Below, piece after piece: positions 48,542-61,270 of a DNA stretch of 64,000 nt. The DNA lies in contig NC_043006.1 of NCBI RefSeq assembly GCF_006345805.1, forward strand, positions 40,486,001 through 40,550,000, in the 5' to 3' direction. A model generated the notes under the pieces. That model saw only the letters and a list, made by a program, of their open reading frames with translations. It had not been told where the DNA came from and searched no databases. The translations under genes were made by a program, and so were the position numbers. The stretch comes from Octopus sinensis (taxonomy: Eukaryota). Within the stretch, counting starts at the first letter, position 1. Each line of letters starts with the position of its first letter.

Positions 48542-50664
48542 TTGCATATGCATTGATGAAAAGGGTTTCTATTCTGGTGATTTAATTAACAGTTGGATAT
48601 GATACAGGGTTAGTTGTGTTTTATGTTTTTTTAATTATGCATGGCTGTGTAGGTAAGAAGCTTGCTTCCCAACCATCTGGTTTCAGGTTCAATCCCAATG
48701 CATGGCACCTTGTTCAAGTGTTTTCTATTATAGCCTTGGGCTGACCAATATCTTGTGAGAGATTTTGGTTGATGGAAACTGTATGGAATCCCATCATTAT
48801 ATGTGTTTTTGTATGGCTTGCCAAACCTCAGTCAAATCATTAAACCCATGCCAGCATGGAAAGCAGACGTTAATGGATGATGATGATGATAATAAAGAAT
48901 TTAGTAAAATAACTACAGAACCAGAGAGCCAGGTTGGTATCAAAAGGGTTAAGAATGTTTCTCTATTATATATTTTAACTCTTTTGTGACCATATTTCTG
49001 TTGAGATGCTCTGTGTTTATTTCAATTAATTTCAAATATAACAAAGAATTTAGTAAAATAACTTAGTTATCATTAAGCTAGTGTTAGGAATATACATTGT
49101 GACTAAGGTTTGGTGGAAGATTTTAATTCAAAACTTATGCACAACTTTTGAAAACAAGTCATTTGTATTACAGAATCAGAGGCGGTATCAGCCAGGTTGG
49201 TATTGAAAGGGTTAAGAATTGTTTCTCTATTATATATTTTAATGGACATAGAATAATGATCATTTCAAACTGAAGCTTCTTGTCAAGAAATATGAAAGAT
49301 TGTTAATAATGAAAGGTCAGACGCAAACAAAATTGTTTCTTCAATCTGACACGAGAGAGTGTGTATGCGTGCATGTGTGTGTGTGCGTGTGTGTGTATGT
49401 GTTGTGTGATGTGTATATGGGCATGTTTGTGAATGCATGTATATGTATGAGTGTGTGTGACATATATGTGTGGCACATGTGTCATATGTGTGAGTGTGTG
49501 AGTATGAATGAGAAATCGTATGTGTGTGTGTGTGTGTGTGTGTGAGTGTGTGTGTGAGAGAATGTGTATGTGTGTGAGTGTATGTATATATCTATGTTTA
49601 TGAGCACTTGTGACACATGTGTGTGTGTGTATGTGTGTGTGTGTGCATGGTGAGTGTGAATGTGTGTGAGTGTGTACATGTGTTTGTTGTGTGTATGAGT
49701 GTGTGTGTTCTGTGTGTATGTATGTGTGTGGGTATGTGTGTGCATTTCACAAGTATGTGAATGCATGTGTGTGTATAAGTGAGATTGGGTATGTGTGTAA
49801 CTGTGTGTGTGAGTGTCTATGTGTGAGTGAGTGTCTATGTGTGAGTGAGTGTGTGAGAGAATGCGTATGTGTGCTTGCAGAGATATGTCTATATGTATGA
49901 ACACATGACATGTGTGTGTGTGTGTGTGAGTGTGTGTGTCCGTGTGTGAGTGTATGTACATGTGTTTGCTGTATGTATGAGTGTGTGTATATGTGTGCAT
50001 GTGTGGTGAGTGTGTGTGCAAGTGTGAGTGGTTACATATGTTTGCTGTGTGTATGAGTGTGTGCATATGTGTGTGTATGTGTGCGAGTGTTAGCATGTAC
50101 ATGTGTTTACTGTGTGTATGAGTGTGTGTGTCTGTGTGCAAGTGAGTGTGTACATGTGTCTGCTGTGTGTATGTGTATGTGTGATGAATGTGTGTGTGTA
50201 TGCGTGTCTGTGTGCAAGCGTGAGTGTGTACATGTGTTTGCTGTGTGTATGAGTGGGTCTGTGTGTTCAGTATGTGTATGTTATATGTTTGTGTGTGTGT
50301 GTATTTCACAAGTATGTGTATGCATGCATGTGTCTGAGTGGTGTGTGATACATGTGTATATATTCATAAGAGGAGATGCTAATATTGATCCTTCAACTCA
50401 CCTATTATGCACAGCTATTGGCATTTTCTCACTGTTTTGGTGCGAGACAATGTTCACCAAACTAAGCATCGTTTCAAATGGTGGCAGCCTGGTTTTGTCC
50501 TTCCAGAAAGTCACATCATAGTGGTTCACAATGGTGTAATAGTATGACTCCTACCGACAGCAAATTATAAAAAGATAATAGCAATAAAGTCATAAAACTC
50601 ATGATGATGATGATGGTAATGATAATGATGATAATGATGATGATAAATATGATGATGACACTGT

Positions 50665-50707
<43 letters not shown>

Positions 50708-53700
50708 TCATTATTGAGGACTGGCAAGCCAGAAGGCTGCACCAGGCTCCAATTTGATCTGGCAAGGTTCCTACAGCTGGATGCCCTTCCTAACGCCAGC
50801 CACTCTGAGAATGTAGTGGGTGCTTTTTACATTCCACTGGCATGGATGCCAGTCAGGTTGCACTGGCATTGACCACACTAGAATGGTGCTTTTTATGTGC
50901 CACCAGTACAGGAGCCAGCCAGGTGGCACTGGCATCAACTGTGCTCAAATGGTGCTTTTTACATGCTACCAGCATGGGAGCCAGTTAGGCGGCACGGCAT
51001 CGACGATGCTCGCATGGTGCTTTTTATGTGCCACCGGCATGGGAGCCAGTCAGGCGGCACTGCATTGACAATGCTTGAATGGTGCTTTTTACACACCACC
51101 AGCACAGAAAAAAAGCACCATGTGAGCATGGTTGATGCCAGTGCCACCTGACTGGTCCCATGCCGGTGATATATATATATATAAGACCTTCCATACTCCT
51201 TACCTCTTTGGTATAAGAAACTCTCAAGACATTGCATTGAAATAATTCTTTGTCCATGAAATTAATTAATTCCAAGTTAAATTGACCAAAATTCAGAGAC
51301 TGACCAATTGCCGTTGGCAAATAGCTGGTGTTTTCCTGCAAATAAAAATAACAGTATTAGAAGGATAAGTCAATTTAAATCAAGAATTTCATGTGAAATA
51401 GACTAAATTCTTTTCATCTTTTACTTTTTCCAGTCATTAGACTGTGGCCTTGCTGGGGCACCACCTTGAAGATCTTTTAGTCAAATGAATTGACCTCAGT
51501 ACTTTTTTAAAATTCTTGTACTTATTCTATTGGTCCCTTTTGCCGAATTCCTAAGTTACAGACATGTAAACACACCAACACACACACATACATACATACA
51601 TACATACATACATACATACAATACATACATACATACATACATACATACATACATGATGGCTGCCCCCTCATTATCGAGTATGGCCATTGCACGAAGCTCA
51701 ACTGTTATTGGTGCTGTGATCGAATGTGACTTTTATTTGCTTTTTAAGGCTACAGCCAGCCATTCAGTTGAGACTCACAACACCATCAACAATCATGAAC
51801 AATGTTGTTATCGTGCAATGCCTGTGAACAAATTAAACACACTACCTGGCAGTGGCTAAAATGCAAACCGATCAAGTTTATGTATAATTATTCTTTTTAT
51901 ATGTTTGTTTCCTTTTACACAATATTAAAACAATGGCAACACCCCAACTAATTTTATCTGTGAGCCACCCCTGTATATCTTAGTGGATAGTTGTTTGAAT
52001 TCAGAAAGAGTTTAGTTATTTGTTTGCTATTTTAGGGTTTTGTTGGTATACCCAGTGTTCTACTATTTCATTGATTTGATTCTTTTACAATTAGTAACAA
52101 TAAAACAGAAGTTTCCTTAGAGGATCGAACTCACATTGGTTAAGTCTCTAAATGTTACTATAGTCAAACACTTTTCTTTGGTGATAATGTTCCAAAATTC
52201 AGGCATTTCCTCTCGATCTGGAGATATGGCTAAAATGAATTTATCTTCCTCATAACCCTGGAAATACAACAGAAAAAGTTTTTTAAAGAATTATATACAA
52301 ACATCAGAAATATTAAATTTCTAAATATCTCACATCTCTGAAGGAAATAAATTTTGCAAATTTATCCAAAGACAACTTGCAAGCTATAATGTATTGACTA
52401 GCAAGCTTGCTATACTATGCTGAAGAAACATGTATAGAATTGATTTGTTTCTGGCTGGCTTGAAAATACTAAATGATGAAATGCCCAGAAAAATTTACAA
52501 TACAAGGGGATGCTGAAAAGTTCCTGGCTTTAAGAGTATCATGAAAGGCCTGGTTGGAGACCTAACCGTCTGAGTTCTTTACAGGGCTTAGAAAAACTGA
52601 AGGACCACTGCAATAAGTGTGTGAATCTGAAAGGAAAATATGTTGAATAGAATCATAATTAACTGATCCTCTTGTATTTTCTTCTACCCAAAGCCAGGAA
52701 CTTTATTACATGGAAAAATGCAAGCAAGTGAAATAATATTCTTAAGATTATAGACCTAGAAAAGTACAGGACAAGTTGTTACATCTGGTAAAGTACAGAG
52801 CAAAAAAATTTTTACTTCAAATATTGCTAGTCGTTGAGAGGACGTTGGTGTTGCCTTGGCAGAGGCTTGTACTCTCTGAGTGCTCTTGTTTGTCTTAAGA
52901 TCTTTTATCGTTTATCTTTTACTCATTTCAGTCATTAGGCTATAACCATATTGGGCTTTAGTCAAACAAATCAACCCCTTTCCTTATTACTTTGCTTCCT
53001 TTTTAAGCATGGCTCTTATTTTGTTAGTCTCTTTTGCCACACTGCTAAGTCATGGGTACATATACAAAGCAACACTGGTTTTTAAGTGGTGTTGGAGGAA
53101 AACACAAACACAAAGACACATATACATATGTATGTATATTCATACATATGAATGCATCTACATGCATACATACATACATACATGCATAGAAATGTATGTA
53201 CATACATACATTCATATAAATGCATGTACATACATACATACATACGAATGTATCTACATATATATGAATGTATGTCCCTACGTACATACATGCATGCATA
53301 CATACATATGAATGTATGTACATAATACATACATTCGTATGTAGATACATACATACATACATACATGGTGGCTGCCCCCTCGTTATCAAATATGGCCATC
53401 GCACAAAGCTTAATCAATGTTGTTATCGTGCAATGCCTGTGCAAGAACATTTTTTTAAAGTCAGGAAAGGCTGTGCACTGAGTCAATCCCACTCACTAAG
53501 CAACAGCAACCATAATCCGAAAAGAAGAACAAGTCAACATCATCGGCAACCACTGAGCTGCAGGTTTTATGTCGGAGTTATCCCAGTTACCTGAGTTACC
53601 TTCTTCTAGAAGGATGCCCTAACAAAGGCTAGGAGTCCTTCACTCCCAATGGTTTAACTGTGCGATCGGGTATTCAGTCCAATTATTTCTATGTCCCCGC

Positions 53701-55624
53701 GCATGATACAGCCGTAAGACATTTATTGGATGGCCGTTGACTCTCAAGAGTTCCTCCGCCCTTTGACGGGTTTTGTTTTTCATCCCGCAGGGTGTCCAAT
53801 AAACACCCTCCTCACCAAGCAAGCTTGATGGGTTTGCCGGTTTAGTCGCCAACGACCCGACCATGCAACAGGTTGCACTGCGTTACATGTTACCAGTAGC
53901 ACTCGAAAATGACCTGACATACATACATACATACATACATACATACATACATACATACATACATACATACATGTCTTCCAAATTTACTCCCAAGCCATAA
54001 GCATTTGCTTAAGGTGCCACAGAGAAGGACTGAACTCATGACAATATGGTTAGGAAGCAAGCTTCTGAATCACACAGCAACACCTAAAACCTCTAATTAT
54101 TAGGAAGACTAGAGTTGACTAAATCTCCAGTATTTTACCAATACTAAAACCGCCCCACTATAATCATCATCATCATCATCATCATCATCGTTTAACGTCT
54201 GCTTTCCATGCTGGCATGGGTTGCACGGTTTGACTGAGGACTGACGAACCAGATGGCTGCACCAGGCTTCCAAATTGATCTGGCAGAGTTTCTACAGCTG
54301 GATGCCCTTCCTAACGCCAACCACTCTGAGAGTGTAGTGGGTGCTTTTTTGTGCCACCGGCACAAGGGCCAGTCAGGTGGTACTGGTGACAGCCATGCTC
54401 AAAAGGTGTTTTTTATGTGCCACCTGCACAGGAGCCAGTCCAGCAGCACTGGCAATGACCTCACTCAAATGTTGTTTACCACATGGCACTGGCACAAGTA
54501 CCAGTTGAATGGTGCTTTTTATATGCCAATGGCATGGGAACCAGTCAGTGGCCCTGGCAACGATCATGCTCAGATGGTGCTTTTAATGTTCCACTGGCAC
54601 AGGTGCCAGTCACGTGGTGCTGTCATCGGCCACGTCAGTGAATTTGATTTTGATTGTGAAAGCCAAATAATATTCAGCTCAATTAGATCTCATAAAATAA
54701 AGAGAGGCAACAAAGTACCCCTACATGTTTTATCAGACATTCAGCTGCTTCACCAAACCACTGCAGATTATATGCAGGAATGTTAATTACTTACCTCAAT
54801 TAAGGAAATTTCGAAATTTGTGGTGGACATATTGCGTTCATCTTTGAAATAAAGAAAAAACAAATCATTAAAAAAATATTCAGAACTTTGTAAGGATGAA
54901 AATAATGTTTAGGTGCAGGAATGGCTGTGTGGTAAGTAGCTTGCTTATGAACCACATAGTTCTGGATTCAGTCCCACTGCATGGCACCTTGGGCAAGTGT
55001 CTTCTACTATAGCCTCAGGCCGACCAAAGCCTTGTGAGTGGATTTGGTAGACGGAAACTGAAAGAAGCCCATCGTATATATGCATGTGTGTGTGTTTGTG
55101 TTTGTCCCCCAACATCACTTGACAACCGATGGTGGTGTGTTTATATCCCCCGTAACTTAGCGGTTCAGCAAAAGAGACCGACAGAATAAGTACTAGACTT
55201 GCAAAGAATAAGTCCTGGGGTCAATTTGCTCGACTAAAGGCGGTGCTCCAGCATGGCCGCAGTCATATGACTGAAACAAGTAAAAGAGTAAAGGATAAAG
55301 AGTATAATTTACAGGTTATATAAAGTGTATGTGTTTTTGTGTGAGTGTTTATGTATGTGTGTATGTGTGTGTGTGTGTGTGTGTGTGCATGAGGTGAAGA
55401 CATATGGCCCACAGTCATAAGGTTTGTGAGTTCATTTGCAGGAAGTATGCTGTGTCTTTGAGCAAGACACTTTATTTCACATTGTTCCCATTCACTCAAA
55501 AATTGAGCTGTACCTGTAATTTAAAGGGCCAGCCATGTGACATTCTATGTGATGCTGAATTTTCCTGAGCAGCAGCAGCAGCAGCAGCGGCAGCAGTAGT
55601 AGTATAGTGGTGGTGATGGTGGTG

Positions 55625-55675
<51 letters not shown>

Positions 55676-56531
55676 TGGTGGTGGTGGTGGTGGTGGTGGT
55701 GGTGATTGTGGTGGTGGTGGTGTCGGTGGCAGTAGTAGTAGTAGTAGTAATAGTAGTATGGTGGTGGTGGTGGTGATTGTGGTGGTGGTGGTGATTGTGG
55801 TGGTGGTGGTGGTGATTGTCGTGGTGGTGGTGATTGTCGTGGTGGTGGTGGTGGTGGTGTCGGTGGCAGTAGTAGTAGTAGTAGTATCTTTTTTTGTTGT
55901 TTTTTTTCCCTTTTCCTCATAATGCACAGACTTACCACTGTAAAGTTCCTCAAGAAGATCAGAGTGAACACTGTTGCCCTGGCAGACTGGCTGAAGGATG
56001 TCCTGCAAAATAATTACATAAGACAATAAAGAAGGGGTTTTTTTGGGGGGGATTCTGTGCTGAGACAGTATGGAGCTGCTTGTAGGAATGCTGTTAAGGT
56101 GTGTGTGTGTGTGTTGAGAGCATATATGGAGTAGTGCAAAAGTAGGTGTACAATTATGGAAAAAAGAAAAAAAGAAAACATATACAATACTCGTTTTATT
56201 TTTATCAAGAAAATTAAGTTACGATAGAAGAATTAATCATGGTTAATGACACTGAAAATATCAAAATGGATGGGAGGAAGAGGAGGAGAAGAGGAGTAAG
56301 AGAGGAGTGGGATGGGGAGGTCGGGGGGAGGAGGAAGATGAAGAGAAGGGGAGGAGGGCGAGGGGCGGAGGAGGAAAGGGGAGGAGGAGGAAAGAGGTGG
56401 AGGAGGAAAGAGGTGGAGGAGGAAAGGGCCGGAGAAGGAGGAGGAAGAAGGGAGGAGGAGGGGAGGCAGGTGTGAAGAGGAGGGTGGGAGGAGGAGAGAA
56501 ATGCCAGCAAGAAAGAGAGAAAGAAATAGGA

Positions 56532-56563
<32 letters not shown>

Positions 56564-59500
56564 AAATGGAATGAAAGAAAGAAAGAAAGAGTTACTTACC
56601 ATAAACTGCCTGTCTGCAATTGACCAACAAGTGATTTCATCTTTAACAGAAATTCTTTCAATTTCACTCTTTAAATCATTGAAGTTAATGTTACAACCAG
56701 AAGTCATCATACTCTCAGTTATGACATCGTAAACAAATTCAAGTTGTGCCTAGCAAACAGGAAGAAAAAAAATCATATGATCTTCAATAAATGGCTAAGC
56801 TTCAAATAAAGGAAAATATAGTTCTTCAATGCAGATGTAACACTGATTTCTAAAATTATAACAAAGCCATACATTTCAGTGCAAGAGACTGTGGAGACCC
56901 CCTTCGGTCACGAATGACCATGGGATTGCACCTAGAAAGTTACTCTCCTAGGCACAAGCCTGGACAAAGTTGTTTATGGAAGACCAGCAGTCGCCCATGC
57001 ATACCAGCCTCCCCTCTTCACACCACCAGTGTTATCCAAGGGAAAGGCAAAGGCCAATACAGCTTGGCACCAGTGATGTCAAAACTCATTTCTACAGCTG
57101 AGTGAACTGGAGCAATGTGAAATAAAGTGTCTTGCTCAAGAACACAACACACAGTCCGGTCAGGGATTTGAACTCACAACTTCATGATCATAAGATCGGT
57201 GCCCTAACCACTGAGCTATGTGCAAGAGAACAATCACATATATTCAGCTCTGTCACGTGACTTTTAGAGGCCCCTTGCAACTTTCTGTTTCGAGGGCCCC
57301 ATCCCTTCAATCAAAATTCATAATCTACACACCTTTTATTCATAGCTATATTTTACCTTATTCTATCTGAAGTTCAGTATTTCACATTATCCTAAAGAAC
57401 ATCTTTAAAAGTACAAGTTGAATTTATTTAGATCTATTACAAATTTCAATAAGTAAAACTTCCAGATATGAATAAAAGAGCACTTTTATAATCCAGGCAA
57501 CTTTCAAAGACAAACATGGCATGCTTTTCGCTTTGCAAAATCATAGATCAGTTCAGAATAATCAAGCTGAGAGCTAAGTTTCTGTTCAATAGATATCATA
57601 GACAATCCACATGTTAGTAGTGCAATGTAATATTTTTACAAGAACTTTTGCAGGTTCAATGTATTAGTGTTTTATTTCTTGAATTTTCTGTTAACATACA
57701 TAGTTTAATTCTTGTTCACTATCTTAACCAAAGTAAATAGATGACTCAACTACTTTCCTTGATCTTAACATGGGGCCCCTCAACCACAGAGGACTCCTGT
57801 GACTGCAGGGGTTGCAGGGACTTAGCGACAGCCTTACATATATTGACTTCACTTGTATATTTGGTGCCAATAGGCAGCAGGCTGGCAGAAATGTTAGCAC
57901 ACTGGGAGAAATGCTTAGTGGTGTTTTGTCTGACTTCATGTTCTGAGTTCAAATTCTACTGAGGCTGACTTTGCCTTTCATCCTTTTGGGGTCGATAAAT
58001 TAAGTACCAGTTGTGTAATGGGGTTGAAGTAATTGACTGGCCCCCTCCCCAAAATTTCAGACCTTGTGCCTGGAGTAGAAAAGAATATTTTAAGGTGGTG
58101 AGCTGGCAGAAACGTTAGCATTCTAGGCAAAATGCTTAGTGGTATTTCGTCTGTCTTTACGTTCTGAGTTCAAATTCCACCGAGGTTGACTTTGCCTTTC
58201 ATGGCTTTGGGTCAATAAATTTAGTAAAAGTTGCATACTGGGGTCGATCTAATCAACTGGCCCCCTCCACCAAAATTTTGGGCCTTGTGCCTAGAGTAGA
58301 AAAGAATATTTTAAAGTGGCGAGCTGGCAGAAATGTTTGCATGCCGGGCGAAATGCTTAGTGGTGTTGCTTCTGTCTTTACATTCTGAGTTCAAATTTCA
58401 CCGAGGTCAACTTTGCCTTTCATCTATTTGAGGCCAATAAATTAAGTATCAGTTGTCTAATCGACTGGCCCCCACCTCCCCAAAATTTTGGGCCTTGTAC
58501 CTAGAGTACAAAAGAATATTTGGTGCTATATAAGACAGTGAGTTGGCATATAGTCATTACATGCCAGACAAAATGCTGCTAAGTATTTTGTCTGTCTTTA
58601 CATTCTGAGTTCAAATGCTGCTGGGTTCAACTATGCCTTTTATCCTTTCAAATAAATAACTAAATAAATAATCTGCCTGGTCTAAGATTCAAACCCATGA
58701 TTCCTTGACCTCGAGTCCACTGCTCTAACAGACTAGGCCATGTGCCTCCACATGAGAATCAAGATTCTCTATTAATTCCAACAGATACACAAAAAATATG
58801 TAACTGAAATAGGATAAATACTAGTTAAGCACTAGAGTCAATACAATTCACTTAACCTCTCCCCTGATATTACTGGTATTGTGTCACAATTTGAAACCAA
58901 TACCTGATTCTACACAAGATTCACTTTTGCCCCCAAAAATGTCTCATATAAAATCATCCTGAACCATATTTGTATAGTTGAACCTCTCCTAAACTGGTGC
59001 TCACATTTTTCGCAATATGCACTGCTGATATTTGGAGTGCATTTTGTATTCACATGCACCAGTTCATAAGGCAATTGTGATAAGTATAGGCACAGGTGCC
59101 TAAATTGCATCTTTCTGTATGTCAGGAAATTAAAAATGTGGCTGTCTGCATTCAAACGCAAGCATCTGCATCTCCTTATTTTGATCTTCATTCGTAATCA
59201 AAGACTGAATATTTACAAAGAAATCCAATAAATCATACATACCCGTTTAGTGAATATCAGACACCTTTCATTATACAAACTTCTGATGCTATATGCTGTG
59301 TTGAGAGCTTTGTTTTGTTCCAATTTCTCCAGAAGAATATCAAGGCATATATATGCCCCAGTAGACCCAGCGCCAGTTCTGAAATATAATGGTAATATTC
59401 TTCATTGTTAAACAAATTCAAAATTTACAAAAATAATTTATTCAAACTTTTCTTTTATCGTTTATCTTTTACTTGTTTCAGTCATTAGACCGTGGCCATG

Positions 59501-60025
59501 CTGGGGCACCACCTTGAAGAAGCTCAGTCAAATGAATCTGCCCTAGACATATTTACAAAGTGGACATATTTACAAAGTCAGAAAACAGCACAGCTCCCAT
59601 GACTCCAGGAAACATTTTTTCACGCTGAGAGTTGCTGAAGCATGGAACAAACTGCCGGCATCAGTTGTTTGTTGTCGGAGTACTGCATCCTTCAAAACTT
59701 CCATGCTTCCTGAGATTCACCAACACTACACTTGATTTTCTCCCCTCCATACACACACAAGCATGTATCTGACTCATACATTATACATACATACATACAT
59801 ACATACAAACATACATAGACAGACACATACATGCATATACATATATATGCATACATACATACATACACACATACACACACACACATATATATGATGATAT
59901 ATATATAGGACCATTTGTAGAAATAAATAAATCCAGAGAGGAGAAGCACACTCTAAAATGTAGAGCAGTAAATATTATATACATCATCATCATCGTTTAA
60001 CGTCCATTCTCCATGCTAGTCATAT

Positions 60026-60073
<48 letters not shown>

Positions 60074-61239
60074 AAATCAAATTGCGATAAAATAAAAATA
60101 ATTATAATCGCTGTATTACTAACACAAGCCATATATTTTTCATATATCAGTACATTAGGCGAAATATGTGCTAGGAATACAGAAGCTTGATAAATTAAGT
60201 GAAATGAAGATAAAAACATTTACTAAACCGGTAATCTCAGACTGCAGTTTCTTTCTTTTCAGCAATAAAGATAATTTATTTGCCCAGGAGAATTCTTCAG
60301 AGACCCTGTTTTTCTGGGATCCTAACTCACTAGAAGCATGTGCGTCTAATGAATTACTCTCCCTAACTAATCATATCACTGCGCAGTATATATATATACA
60401 AAGGCCTTCTTTCAGCTTCCATCAACCAAATCCACTGACACGGTTTTGGTCAGCCTGAGACTATAGTATAAGATACTTGCCCGAGGTACCATGCAATGGG
60501 ACCTAACCTGGAACCACGTGGTCGGAAAGCAATCTTATATATATTATCTTTTACTTGTTTAAGTCATACAAATTGAAATTAAAGAATTTCTTGACATTTT
60601 TTGCATGAAGGACAGCAAGCCAAAGGTCAGCAAGCCAAGACTCTATAATCAATGTCTGTTTGGTTCTGTTTGATCTGTTTTTACCAAACTGCTAAATTAC
60701 AAGGGCATAAATAAAGATACCTTAAAACAGTATTAATCTAAACTGTATCTGCTAATTTTCAAAATTTAAAGGAAAATGAACTAATAGAAATACCTCAGAG
60801 CAGCCAGTAGCATGTATCTGAGCAACATAGAAAAATACAGGCATATTAAATACCATATAACATAAATATTTGATTTATTAAAATGAACTAGTTAAAAAAC
60901 ATTTGTTGCTGTCAGTAGCGTGATCTTTGGATGTCGGGCCTCACAGAGGCAATGTCAAGTGAGTGAGACCTTTCACGATTTGCTGTGCTTGAGAAGACTC
61001 ATCAAGCTAAATGGAATCATAGCTGTGGTCGTTACCAGTCTCATGTAAATGGCACCGGTGCCAGTGACACATAAAAAGCATCCATTACACCCATGGAGTG
61101 GTTGGCATTAGGAAGGGCGTCCAGCCACAGAAACCAAGCCAAAATAGGACTGGAACCTGATGCAGCTCTCCAGCTTACCAGTTCCAGTTAAACCAACTAA
61201 CCCATGCCAGTATGGAAAACAGATGCTAAATGATGTTGT

Positions 61240-61270
<31 letters not shown>

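Noticed and set aside
55492-55935. Poly-Thr/Pro/His ORFs on the PTP strand
   Set aside because: Downstream of the strong donor at 55935; intronic microsatellite
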